Shown: in pieces, positions 37,465 to 49,979 of the stretch | Position numbering within the stretch: position 1 is the stretch's first letter | How the letters are laid out: each line of letters starts with the position of its first letter | Assembly (NCBI GenBank): GCA_002269645.1 | Contig: NIVC01001817.1 | Coordinates: 62,001 to 126,000 of the forward strand | DNA length: 64,000 nt | Source: Macrostomum lignano | Lineage: Eukaryota | Direction: 5' to 3' | The notes under the pieces: generated by a model | Told to the model about the DNA's origin: nothing | Database searches by the model: none | Seen by the model: the letters and a program-made list of their open reading frames with translations, nothing else | Translations under genes and position numbers: made by a program

Positions 37465-39438
37465 ATGGCCCAAGCTGATGCCAGCAAGCGTTTAGATTTG
37501 CACACCCACATCCTGCCGGACACTTGGCCGAACCTCACAGAGCGTTACGGCTACGGTGGCTGGGTCCAGCTGCAGCCGTGTCCGGACTGTCCCAGCAAGG
37601 CCAGCATGACCAAAGACGGCCAATTGTTTCGTGTTGTAGACGAGAATTGTTGGAATTTAGAGCGCAGATTGATTGACATGTCTGACACGAGCGTGTCGGT
37701 GCAGGTTCTGTCAACTGTGCCGGTAATGTTTAGCTACTGGGCCAGGCCAGCCGATGCGGCCGATTTGAGTCGCCTGCTCAATGATCACGTGGCCGACTGC
37801 GTCAGACAGAGACCGGATAAATTTGTCGGCTTAGGCACTGTTGCTATGCAGGATCCTCTGCTGGCTGTTGAAGAGGTTCGGTAGGGCTTGGTCTGTTCGT
37901 TTATGAACTGATGGATTAGAGTTCAGTTAGAGTTGATTGGCACCGGCTTCAGTCTAAAATTTAGGTTTGGCGCCGATTTCAGTCTAAAATTAAGGGTTAG
38001 CGCCAAGTTCAGTCTAAAATTCAGAGTTGGCGCCAAGTTCAGTCTAAAATTCAGAGTTGGCGCCAATTTCAGTCTAAAATTTAGGGTTGGCGCCAATTTC
38101 AGTCTAAAATTTAGAGTTGGCGCCAATTTCAGTCTAAAATTTAGGGTTGGCGCCAATTTCAGTCTAAAATTTAGGGTTGGCGCCAATTTCTAAAATTTAG
38201 GGTTGGCGCCAATTTCAGTCTAAAATTTAAGGTTGGCGCCAATTTCAGTCTAAAATTCAGGGTTGGCGCCAATTTCAATCCAAGTATCGATAGCGGTAAT
38301 GCATATTAGCGAAGTGTAGTCTTTGTTGGCACCAATTTCAGTCTTTGTTAGCGTCAGCTAAATTTCACCTCCTAATCCAGATCAAACGAATTCGCCGAAA
38401 TCTGGGCCTACCAGGCGTGCAAATCGGCAGCCACGTAAACGATTGGGGATTGGGCGATCCCAAACTGGAACCGTTCTGGGCTACCTGCGAAGCTGAAACT
38501 GCGTGCGTGTTTGTGCATCCCTGGGATATGCCTACTGGCGATCGGTGGAACCGGTACTGGTCTCAGTGGCTGGTTGGCATGCCCGCTGAAACTGCTCAGG
38601 TATGCTATGCGAACAGGTAAATGAAAGAGGGAGAGGTGAGGAGAGAGACGTAGGTGACAAGGGAGACTCAGGTGTCAGGTGAGGAGAGAGACGCAGGGCA
38701 GGAGAGAGACTCAGGTTCCAGGTGAGGAGAGAGACGCAGGGCAGGAGAGAGACTCAGGTGTCAGGTGAGGAGAAAGACGCAGGTGAGGAGGGAGAGAGAC
38801 GCAGGTGAGGCGGGGGAGAGACGCAGGTGAGGAGGGAGAGAGACGCAGGTGAGGAGAGAGAAGGGAGAGGAAGGGGAGGTGGGAGAGGAATATAACTGTG
38901 TCATGTCACGCCCAGCAAACGGAGACAAGGCTGTCAGTCGGATTAGTTCGAATTAAGTAACTTGAGTTCGAAATGGTATAGTAGTGACGCTCAGCAACCA
39001 CCCGTCCGCTAAACTCCCCAGGCGGCCGCCGAGATCCTGATGTCGGGCCTGTTGCAGCGGCACCCGCGCCTGCGAATCTGCCTGGCGCACGGCGCCGGCT
39101 CGCTGCCCTACACCATCGGCCGGATCGATCACGGCCACGCCGTCCGGCCGGACCTGTGCGCCAGAGACTGCTCTGCCGCCCCGTCTGACTTTCTAGGCTG
39201 CGGCAGTCTATACGCGGATTCGCTGGTTCACGATAGCCGCGCTCTAAGCCTGTTAGTTGACGTAATGGGAGAAGATTACGTCTGTTTAGGATCGGATTAT
39301 CCGTTCCCGTTAGGGGAAGCTAATCCCGGCAAATTGATCTGCGACCAGGGCCGGTCTATGCCGCAGTCTGCGCGTAATAAATTACTGTGGCGTAACGGTC
39401 TGCGCTTCTTGGGCTTGTCTGAAGACTCGTTTAGTTAA
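37465..39438 (+). CDS. ACMSD: Aminocarboxymuconate semialdehyde decarboxylase, 348 aa; exons 37465-37875, 38381-38599, 39022-39438
   Basis: [69 protein letters not shown]; phase-0 GT-AG junctions. Confidence 0.96.
37935..38345. repeat. 30-bp minisatellite (TTGGCGCCAATTTCAGTCTAAAATTTAGGG), ACMSD intron 1
   Basis: Direct inspection. Confidence 0.94.
38620..38890. repeat. GA-rich degenerate repeat (GGTGAGGAGAGAGACGCA), ACMSD intron 2
   Basis: Direct inspection. Confidence 0.85.
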
Positions 39439-39584
39439 CAGTTTGTTTGCTTGCGGCTTTTCAGTGTTAGCTTTTTGTAATGCAAATGGCTTGATTGATT
39501 TCATGATTTTTTCTATAAGTTTGATAGTCGCTGGTTAGATTTTAGCACTGCACCTCGATTATACTCGTAGCGCCGCGAGGGAGA

Positions 39585-41885
39585 TTTTAGCGCCGCTAAA
39601 TAGAGTTTAGGTCCGCTAGATAGAGTTTAGGTCCGCTAGATAGAGTTTAGCGCCGCTAGATAGAGTTTAGGTCCGCTAGATAGAGTTTAGCGCCGCTAGA
39701 TAGAGTTTAGCGCCGCTAGATAGAGTTTAGGTCCGCTAGATAGAGTTTAGCGCCGCTAGATAGAGTTTAGGTCCGCTAGATAGAGTTTAGGTCCGCTAGA
39801 TAGAGTTTAGGTCCGCTAGATAGAGTTTAGGTCCGCTAGATAGAGTTTAGCGCCGCTAGATAGAGTTTAGCGCCGCTAGATAGAGTTTAGCGCCGCTAGA
39901 TAGAGTGTAGCGCCGCTAGATAGAGTTTAGCGCCGCTAGATAGAGTTTAGCGCCGCTAGATAGAGTTTAGCGCCGCTAGATAGAGTGTAGCGCCGCTAGA
40001 TAGAGTTTAGCGCCGCTAGATAGAGTGTAGCGCCGCTAGATAGAGTTTAGCGCCGCTAGATAGAGTTTAGCGCCGCTAGATAGAGTTTAGCGCCGCTAGA
40101 TAGAGTTTAGCGCCGCTAGATAGAGTTTAGCACCGCTAGATAGAGTTTAGCGCCGCTAGATAGAGTTTAGCGCCGCTAGATAGAGTTTAGCGCCGCTAGA
40201 TAGAGTTTAGCGCCGCTAGATAGAGTTTAGCGCCGCTAGATAGAGTGTAGCGCCGCTAGATAGAGTTTAGCGCCGCTAGATAGAGTTTAGCGCCGCTAGA
40301 TAGAGTTTAGCGCCGCTAGATAGAGTGTAGCGCCGCTAGATAGAGTTTAGCGCCGCTAGATAGAGTTTAGGTCCGCTAGATAGAGTTTAGCGCCGCTAGA
40401 TAGAGTTTAGCGCCGCTAGATAGAGTTTAGGTCCGCTAGATAGAGTTTAGCGCCGCTAGATAGAGTTTAGGTCCGCTAGATAGAGTTTAGGTCCGCTAGA
40501 TAGAGTTTAGGTCCGCTAGATAGAGTTTAGGTCCGCTAGATAGAGTTTAGCGCCGCTAGATAGAGTTTAGGTCCGCTAGATAGAGTTTAGCGCCGCTAGA
40601 TAGAGTTTAGGTCCGCTAGATAGAGTTTAGGTCCGCTAGATAGAGTTTAGGTCCGCTAGATAGAGTTTAGGTCCGCTAGATAGAGTTTAGCGCCGCTAGA
40701 TAGAGTTTAGCGCCGCTAGATAGAGTTTAGCGCCGCTAGATAGAGTGTAGCGCCGCTAGATAGAGTTTAGCGCCGCTAGATAGAGTTTAGCGCCGCTAGA
40801 TAGAGTTTAGCGCCGCTAGATAGAGTGTAGCGCCGCTAGATAGAGTTTAGCGCCGCTAGATAGAGTGTAGCGCCGCTAGATAGAGTTTAGCGCCGCTAGA
40901 TAGAGTTTAGCGCCGCTAGATAGAGTTTAGCGCCGCTAGATAGAGTTTAGCGCCGCTAGATAGAGTTTAGCACCGCTAGATAGAGTGTAGCGCCGCTAGA
41001 TAGAGTTTAGCGCCGCTAGATAGAGTTTAGCGCCGCTAGATAGAGTGTAGCGCCGCTAGATAGAGTTTAGCGCCGCTAGATAGAGTGTAGCGCCGCTAGA
41101 TAGAGTTTAGCGCCGCTAGATAGAGTGTAGCGCCGCTAGATAGAGTTTAGCGCCGCTAGATAGAGTGTAGCGCCGCTAGATAGAGTTTAGCGCCGCTAGA
41201 TAGAGTTTAGGTCCGCTAGATAGAGTTTAGCGCCGCTAGATAGAGTTTAGCGCCGCTAGATAGAGTTTAGGTCCGCTAGATAGAGTTTAGCGCCGCTAGA
41301 TAGAGTTTAGGTCCGCTAGATAGAGTTTAGGTCCGCTAGATAGAGTTTAGGTCCGCTAGATAGAGTTTAGGTCCGCTAGATAGAGTTTAGCGCCGCTAGA
41401 TAGAGTTTAGCGCCGCTAGATAGAGTGTAGCGCCGCTAGATAGAGTTTAGCGCCGCTAGATAGAGTTTAGGTCCGCTAGATAGAGTTTAGCGCCGCTAGA
41501 TAGAGTTTAGCGCCGCTAGATAGAGTTTAGCGCCGCTAGATAGAGTTTAGCGCCGCTAGATAGAGTTTAGGTCCGCTAGATAGAGTTTAGCGCCGCTAGA
41601 TAGAGTTTAGCGCCGCTAGATAGAGTTTAGCGCCGCTAGATAGAGTGTAGCGCCGCTAGATAGAGTTTAGCGCCGCTAGATAGAGTTTAGCGCCGCTAGA
41701 TAGAGTTTAGCGCCGCTAGATAGAGTTTAGGTCCGCTAGATAGAGTTTAGCGCCGCTAGATAGAGTTTAGGTCCGCTAGATAGAGTTTAGCGCCGCAAGA
41801 TAGAGTTTAGCGCCGCTAGATAGAGTTTCAGTCGGCTAGATAGAGTTTAGCACCGCTAGATAGAGTTTAGCGCCGCTAGATAGAT
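39585..41885. repeat. 20-bp minisatellite ((CG/GT)CCGCTAGATAGAGT(T/G)TAG)
   Basis: Exact 20-bp period; rare CACCG variant at 40131 and 40971. Confidence 0.98.
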
Positions 41886-42364
41886 GTTCTCTACTAGACG
41901 TGCTCAGGGGTCGGCGTAATTGGCTGTCTTAGTTGAATAAAATTCCGTTAGCATCTCGGTTACTAAGGAGAGTTAGTTATAGTTGTCCGGTTTTCCATTC
42001 TTTTTCTTTAAATTTAGCTTCATATTTCACAATATCGTCATGATTGCACTATTTTATCAGCTTAATGCTTTTCTAATCAGGTCTGTCTAGTTACCTGTAC
42101 TGTTGTTTTTAATTTTTTCAATTTAACTTTTTTTGATTGTTTTGAAACAGCGTGCTAAATTTTTGACGTGCTCACCGGTGGTAGGGTTTACACTGGCTCT
42201 ATTATAGTAAAATATAAAATAATGCAGTTTTCAGCCAACTTTTTTGACTGCTAAAAATGTTGTTTTGGTCTTATCTTTCTTAGAAATTATTTGGCTCAGA
42301 TAAGGCCAAGCTAATAGGGTATTTTATTATCTAGCTTTTACTTTTTAAAAATGGTTTTAACTTC

Positions 42365-43303
42365 ATGGCCGCCCAACGTCTGTCCCGACTGCTGGCTTGT
42401 GGGGCTCCGCGCTGCCTACTGAGGAGCCTGCAAGTCTCCGCTGTCGCTGCAGAACGGCCTCACCCGTCATCGCACAGCATCCGTGCTCAGCCAAGCCGGC
42501 AGATGAAGATCTACACTCGCACGGGTGATCGCGGCACCAGCGCCCTGTTCACTGGCGAACGCCGGCCGAAAACTGATCCAATATTTGACGCTCTAGGCTG
42601 CTTAGATGAGCTGTCAGCTCAAATTGGTGTCGCTATTGCCGATTGGCGCGGCTTAGAAGATGCAGCTGATGAACAGTTGCGTAGGGAACTTCTTGACAGA
42701 TTGATCAGAGTGCAGTGCCTGCTGCAGGAGTGCATGTCCTGCGTAGCAACACCAAGAGGCTCCCCAGCCGCTCGGCAATTTCACTTAGATCGGAGCGATT
42801 TTCCTACGGAATTAGCCAAGGAATTGGAAGCTTGGATTGACGAGTATACGAGTGAACTGCCTCCGCTGCGCCAATTCATTCTGCCGTCTGGCAGTTCGGT
42901 TGGAGCTCGGCTGCACGTTGCTAGGGCGGTTTGTCGTCGGGCTGAACGATCGTTGGCCTGTTTGTTGGACACTTCCGGTGGCGCTTCCGGTGGCACTTCC
43001 GGTAGCACTTCCGGTAGCACTTCCGGTGGCGCTTCCGGTAGCACTTCCGGTAGCACTTCCGGTGGCGCTTCCGGTAGCACTTCCGGTGGCGCTTCCGGTA
43101 GCACTTCCGGTGGCGCTTCCGGTAGCACTTCCGGTAGCACTTCCGGTGGCTCTTCCGGTGGCACTTCCGGTGTCGCTTCCGGTCACTTAGAACCGTCGGT
43201 TTACGCCTACGTAAATTGATTAAGCGATTTTCTATTCACAGCGGCTAGATTCGCTTCAAAATTGGACGGCGTAGACGAGACTGTGCACAGGCCTGTGCGA
43301 TAG
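42365..43303 (+). CDS. MMAB: Mitochondrial ATP:cob(I)alamin adenosyltransferase with an in-frame TGA (43217-43219) and a Gly/Ser repeat insertion; possibly a pseudogene
   Basis: Arg-rich transit-like N-terminus, KIYTRTGDRGTS, FILPSG, LHVARAVCRRAER, then YVN*LSDFLFTAARF continuing in frame to TAG at 43301-43303. Confidence 0.88.
42971..43183 (+). repeat. 12-bp coding minisatellite ((A/G)CTTCCGGT(A/G)GC), ~18 copies, inside MMAB
   Basis: Encodes TSGS/TSGG/ASGS in frame. Confidence 0.95.
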
Positions 43304-43769
43304 TACTTGCTTATTGAATTAGGCCAAGTATTCTTATAATTGCTGTCTAGATAGAAACTGTATTGAGGTTTTTCTATTAGATATTAATATATTATTAGTC
43401 TCAAAGCAGAAGATAATTGTTGTGCTTTCTCCACAGAATTAGGTATTAGTTATTAGGGTGTGATACGTCTAGCAGAGTTTAAGAATTTCTCTTCGTAAAC
43501 TGTTATCTGGTAATGACATACTGTTGATGAAGTCAGCTTTGGAGATAAAGCAGTCATTTTCGTTCCCGCTCAGTAGGGTACTCACTACCGATTTGGTATT
43601 TTTGCCATCGCAGAAAAATATGTCGCGTAGTGTTGTAGAAAAAATATATAAATTCTTGTTCGACTACGTGTAGTACAATATTTTGTTTTTAACTTGTTTG
43701 TCTCGAATTTATTATCGAATTTATTACCTTCAACTGATTAGTTCATCTCACTTCACTCGTCTCCAATAC

Positions 43770-44578
43770 AATTTGCACACTCACCCATCTCACTCCCATC
43801 CAATGTACACACCCACCCACCTCACTCTAATCCAATGTACACACCCACCCACCTCACTCCGATCCAATTTACACACCCAACCACCTCACTCCAATGCAAT
43901 GTACACAACAACCCACCCCACTCCAATCCAATGTACACACCCACCCACCTCACTCCCATCCAATGTACACAACAACCCACCCCACTCCAATCCAATGTAC
44001 ACAACCACCCACCTCACTCCAGTCCAATGTACACAACCACCCACCTCACTCCAGTCCAATGTACACACCCACCCACCTCACTCCAGTCCAATATACACAC
44101 CCACCCACCTCACTCCAGTCCAATGTACACACCCACCCACCTCACTCCAGTCCAATGTACACACCCACCCACCTCACTCCAGTCCAATGTACACACCCAC
44201 CCACCTCACTCCAGTCCAATGTACACACCCACCCACCTCACTCCAGTCCAATGTACACACCCACCCACCTCACTCCGATCGAATGTACACACCCACCCAC
44301 CTCACTCCAGTCCAATGTACACACCCACCCACCTCACTCCAGTCCAATGTACACACCCACCCACCTCACTCCAGTCCAATGTACACACCCACCCACCTAA
44401 CTCCAGTCCAATGTACACACCCACCCACCTCACTCCAGTCCAATTTACACACCCACCCACCTCACTCCAGTCCAATGTACACACCCACCCACCTCACTCC
44501 AGTCCAATGTACACACCCACCCACCTCACTCCAGTCCAATGTACACACCCGCCCACCTCACTCCGATCGAATGTACAA
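43770..44578. repeat. 32-bp minisatellite (ATGTACACACCCACCCACCTCACTCCAGTCCA)
   Basis: Direct inspection. Confidence 0.96.
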
Positions 44579-44650
44579 AATTCCAATTGCTGAAACGGCA
44601 GTACCCAATATCCAGCTAAATCAGCCGAAAGTTGTAAGTAACTCGAAAAG

Positions 44651-47600
44651 AAGCTGGCTGACCCACCAGTCCGGTTCAACATAGGCCCGTCGCCGACTCC
44701 GCCGCCGCAGGATGGCGAGTCGTCGTCATCAGCGGCGGTGGACAGTCAGCTGACTAGGAGCAGCTCGCTGCAGCTCATTCTGTCCTCAATTAGCGCTGAG
44801 CGAGGCAAATCCAACGGCAACGGACCGGACGGCAGGAGCCGATTCTGGACAAATCTGCTGATTGCGCACTTCTTAGAAGAGGACGAGCGTTCAGTGAACG
44901 GCGGTGGGTCTGCGCCAGCCAATGGCGATTTGAAAGACGATCTGGTATTCTACGTTAGAAGACGTAAGGACTCCAGGGAGGGCGACAACGAGAGAAGCAT
45001 CGAAGTGCATAGGAAGTGGCAGCATAATTATAAGCAGGTGAGTAGCTGTCCTTCCTGTTCACCTACTTGACAATTCATTCACCAATTATACACTCACTGA
45101 TTCACAGATTCTAGACCTTATTTATTGATGCTAGACTCCATTCACCAAAGCAACACTTCATTCACAAATCTTTGGTCCCATCCACTGATTATAGACCCCA
45201 ATCACTATTTCAACGCCTCATTCACCGATTCTAGACCCCAATCACTTATTACAACACCTCTCACTGATTCTAGACCCCATTCACTATTTCAACGCCTCAT
45301 TCACCGATTCTAGACCCCAATCACTTATTTCAACACCTCTCACTGATTTTAGATTCCATTCACCATTTCAACGCCTCATTTATCGATTCTAGACCCCATT
45401 CACCATTTTAAAAACCAAATTCACGGTTTCTAGACCCCAAACACCATTTCAATACCCCATTCACGGATTCTAGACCCCATTCACCATTTCAACACCTTAT
45501 TTATCGATTCTAGACCCCATTCACCATTTTAAAAACCACATCACGGTTTCTAGACCCCAAACACCATTTCAATACCCCATTCACGGATTCTAGACCTCAT
45601 TCACCATTTCAACGCCTCATTCACCGATTCTAGACCCCAATCACTTATTTCAACACTCTCACTGATTCTAGATTCCATTCACCATTTCAACGCCTCATTT
45701 ATCGATTCTAGACCCCATTCACCATTTCAACATCTCATTCACCGATTCTAGACCCCATTCACCATTTCAACGCCTCATTTATCGATTCTAGACCCCATTC
45801 ACCATTTCAACATCTCATTCACCGATTCTAGACCCCATTCACCATTTTAAAAACCAAATTCACGGTTTCTAGACCCCAAACACCATTTCAATACCCCATT
45901 CACGGATTCTAGACCCCATTCACCATTTCAACACCTTATTTACCGATTCTAGACCCCATTCACTATTTCGAACCACATTCACAGATTATAGGCCCCATTC
46001 ACGGATTCTGGACCTCATTCACCAATTCAACATCTCATTCACCGATTCTAGACCCCATTCTCGGATTTTAGACCCCATTCACGGATTCTAAACCCCATTC
46101 ACCACTGCTCAATGCACGTACTTCAGTGAAGGTAGATTCACTAATTATATTTAGATCTAATTAGTGAATATCGTTCACAAATAATTTCCCAACTCACAGA
46201 TCCTGTCCGACCAGTTAATAGACGTGGAGGAGAGCGTCTACCTGAACCTGATAATGCAGCACTTCAGCTACACGGTCACCTGCGCCGTGTGCACCAGGAC
46301 TGGAGCCAAACAACTGCAGATACTGAAGCGGTTCTCAACTCAAGTGTTCGCCAGTCCCAGCCGGCACTGCATGGACGGCAAGGCCAGCAGGGAGGAGATC
46401 ACTTATCCCGACATCGTGTTCAGCATTCACAATTACGACGATTTATTTGCCGACTGCGTTGTTCACGACTCTGAGCTAATCTGCGTCGAACTGGTGGCGA
46501 GAGACCGGTTGGGTGAATTCCAGGGCGTTCTGTTTCTGGGCAGCGTCCGGTACGAAGCTATCTTGGATGTCTATCAGGCCAAGAGCGCGTCCAGGTGAGC
46601 CGAGGGTGAGATTCTTCCCAAGTCTTAGCGAAAATATACCACCGAAAAAATCCCAAATTCCCAACTAATCCTGGGTTGAATGAAAATCCCAAGCTAAAAT
46701 CCCAAATCCCAAATCTCATATATACATAGCTACAATCCCTAATACAAAGCTACAACCCCAAATCCCAAACCGCAATTCCAAATCCCAAGCTACAAATCCC
46801 AAATCCCAAGCTACAATCCCAAATCCCAAACTGCAATCCCAAATCCCAAGCTACAATCCCGAATCCCAAGCTACAATCCCAAATCCCAAAATACAACCCC
46901 AAATCCCAAGCTACTCTCGTACAATCTCAAATTCCAAGCTACAATCCCAAATCCCAAGCTACAACCCCAAATCCCTAGCAATAAACCCGAATCCCAAGCT
47001 ACAATCCCGAATCCCAAGCTACAATCCCGAATCCCAAGCAACAAACCCAATACCCAAATCCCAAGCTAAGATCCTAATCCCAAATCCCAACTCCCAAGCT
47101 ACAATCCCAAATCCCATGCTAAAATCTCAAATCCCAAGCTACAATCCCAAATCCCATGCTAAAATCCCAACTCCCAAGCTACAATCCCAAATCCCATGCT
47201 AAAATCCCAAATCCCAAATCTCAAATCCCAAGCTACAATCCCAAATCCCAAGCTACATTCCCAAATCCCATGCTAAAATCCCAAATCCAAAATCTCAAAT
47301 CCCAAGCTACAATCCCAAATCCCAAGCTACATTCCCAAATCCCATGCTAAAATCCCAAATCCAAAATCTCAAATCCCAAGCTACAATACCAAATCCTTAC
47401 CAGCAACCAACCCCACCCCAGCTTCTCAGCCTACCAGCCGTCCACCTGGTTCCGCGCCCCTCGTCGCGTCGAGTTCCTGCGCATGCGCGGTCCCCGCGGC
47501 AAAGGCCGCGCCGAGGTCGCCGTCTCGCGCGCCGAAGCGGCGCCGCCGACGCCAGAGAGCGAACTCGCGACCACCCTGGCTACTCAGAATTATCATCAGC

Positions 47601-48121
47601 AGCAGCTGGACTATCCCAGCGACGAAGTCGAAGCCGGTCCCCGTCGGACTCGCCGATTCTCCGGCACAAATCGGCAGCAGCAGCAGCAACAGCCGCACCA
47701 GCAGTTCAGGGGCTCCGGCAAGCCGCCAAGTCGCGTCGGCAGTGCCGCCTCGCTTCGCTCGTGGGGCCTCTCCGGCCTGATGAAGAAGTCGCGCTCAGAC
47801 TCGGAGAATGTTGTCGACGCTACGACGGCTTCCTCAACCTCGGCCGCCGCCACCGTCGGTGCTGTCGCTTCCAACGCCGAGGTGGAGTCGCGCGGCATCG
47901 AGGAGGAGCTGGACGACCAAAGCGCCGGCGGCGGCATCTGGGGCCAGGCCTGGCACTGGTTCAAAGAGCGCCGCCGAGCCAGCTCCATCGGCCTGTCCGC
48001 CTGTCTGACCTGCGTTAGCCTGCCCTGGCACCGGATCGTTGCCGACTTACTCGATAGCGGGTCTCAACAGCAGCCGGTGCTGGCGGCGTTTGAGGACTTG
48101 CCTAACTATTGTGGGATCTAG
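44651..48121 (+). CDS. KIAA0930: KIAA0930-like (DUF2045) protein; exons ~44651-45037, 46200-46594, 47422-48121; candidate first exon 43620-43667
   Basis: RFWT...DDLVFYVRR; EESVYLNL...YTVTCAVCTR...VFASPS.H.MD.K...YPDI.F...CVELVA.D...FQGVLFLGSVRYEA; EFLRMRGPRGKGRAEVAVSR; LTCVSLPWHRIVADLL. The 5' end lacks a local ATG, so the start is uncertain. Confidence 0.88.
45100..46105. repeat. Degenerate repeat (GATTCTAGACCCCATTCACCATTTCAAC core), KIAA0930 intron
   Basis: Direct inspection. Confidence 0.9.
46680..47400. repeat. Degenerate ~20-bp repeat (AATCCCAAATCCCAAGCTAC), KIAA0930 intron
   Basis: Direct inspection. Confidence 0.9.
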
Positions 48122-48219
48122 CTATGGGAGGACTGGGAGAACTATTCTGTTTGCAACTGTAGCTTTTTTATTGGATTTAATCTGATTTTCTGCGATACAC
48201 CATTCGAATTCTTCAGATC

Positions 48220-48815
48220 CCATCTCATCAGATCCAATTCAATTTAAATCCCAGTTCATTAAATCCCATCCCCTCAAATCCCATCCTCTCAGATCCCATC
48301 CCCCAAATCCCATCCCCTCCAAATCCCATTCTCTCAGATCCCATCCCCTCCAAATCCCATTCTCTCAGATCCCATCCCCCAACTTTCATTATCTCAGATC
48401 CCATCCCCCAAATCCCATCCTCTCAGATCCTATCCCCACAACTCCCATCCTCTCAGATCCTATCCCCTCAACTCCCATTCTCTCAGATTCCATCCCCTCC
48501 AAATCCCATTCTCTCAGATCCCATCCCCCCAAATCCCATTCTCTCAGATCCCATCCCCCAAATCCCATTCTCTCAGATCCCATCCCCCAAATCCCATTCT
48601 CTCAGATCCCATCCCCCCAAATCCCATTCTCTCAGATCCCATCCCCCCAAATCCCATCCTCTCAGATCCCATCCCCCCAAATCCCATTCTCTCAGATCCC
48701 ATCCCCCCAAATCCCATTCTCTCAGATCCCATCCCCTCAACTCCCATTCTCTCAGATCCCATCCCCTCCAAATCCCACCCTCTCAGATCCCATACCTCAA
48801 ATCCCATGCTCTAGA
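48220..48815. repeat. ~29-30 bp repeat (ATCCCATCCCCCAAATCCCATTCTCTCAG)
   Basis: Direct inspection. Confidence 0.92.
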
Positions 48816-49514
48816 TCCCAATGCTCCCATTATCAAGCTTGAACCTGAAATTCTACCTTTAAAGTCTTCTATTGAACCACCTCTTATAGAGTCCTATAAT
48901 ATTAAAGCAATTCTTGTATTTATCTGTTCTACTGTTTTGTATGATTTAATCGCGTTGCTTACAACTTTTATCAATGAAGAAAAACATATTTTCTAGTTGC
49001 ACTCTAAAAACTCCACGCATAAAACTCATACAGATATTGCTTGCAAAGAACTTGCTCTTTTCGAAATTATCATTAACGCTTTTTTTCACAAATACTTGTT
49101 ATTCGAATGAGGCCACGAACTGAATATTGCATAAATCTATGTTGTTCGGTATTAACTAAACTTGTTAGATACAGATTTTTAGCTTGGAAATTGCACACAT
49201 AAAGACTATTCTATGGTATATATAACGTAAAATTCGTACACACATTCGCTACTACTTATTCATCCTACTACTCACAGTAGGTTGTTGTGCACAATTCCTT
49301 TAAATTTATGTATAAACTTTATTTATTTGTATTTTTCTAATTTTAAATCGATCTGATTCCAATATTAATTTTCATGCTACTAATAGTAGAGCAGAGGCAT
49401 TTTTTCCTCGGAAAATGGTTACAAATTTTAAAGATGACTGCTTACTTACTAGTGAAGTCTCGTAAGATCTATATTGCTGCCCTGCGATATTTTGGCCTCG
49501 AAGTTGCATTTTTA

Positions 49515-49516
<2 letters not shown>

Positions 49517-49557
<41 letters not shown>

Positions 49558-49558
49558 G
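49517..49558. repeat. (GTT)n microsatellite
   Basis: Direct inspection. Confidence 0.95.
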
Positions 49559-49979
49559 AGCTCTGCTTTCTTTCCTGGCGAGATTTGAATCGAGTATTTG
49601 TTGACAACCCCAGATCCCTTCTGGCTTCCTTATTCAGTTAACTTAACGCTCGCTTTGCAATACCGGGTATAGCACTTCTTTTTGCCTGTCTGTCAATACA
49701 AGATCCTCTTTTTAATGTTTATTGTAATGCCTTGCTGTTATTTACAAGTGGAGAAATTCATTCTTCAAATTATATTTGTGTATTATTGTGTTGCTAAAAT
49801 TGGGTATTTCTAAACCGAAAATATCGCTTGCAATTTTGCTTCTATCAGCTTTTTGTCTTTTCACACATTGTAATTTTGTTTTATTTTGTTACCTTGACTA
49901 ACCGGAATTCAGCACCTCTGCTTGGTTGATGGGTGATTCCTAACAAACAACTGAAGGGTGATACATCTTAATTGACTCG

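Noticed and set aside
43513-43544. SECIS-like ATGA...AA...GA hairpin downstream of the MMAB TGA
   Set aside because: The apical loop is only about 3 nt, helix II is irregular, helix I is missing, and the TGA replaces Arg rather than Cys.
47344-48031. Long overlapping alternative-frame ORFs in GC-rich exons (also 54252..55010, 63259..63636)
   Set aside because: Expected stop-codon scarcity in GC-rich coding sequence; the real frames are explained by KIAA0930, SLC26 and the Gly-rich gene.
46680-48815. CCCAAT/AATCCC-rich arrays as interstitial telomeric repeats
   Set aside because: Units are 20-30 bp composites, not (TTAGGG)n or its complement.
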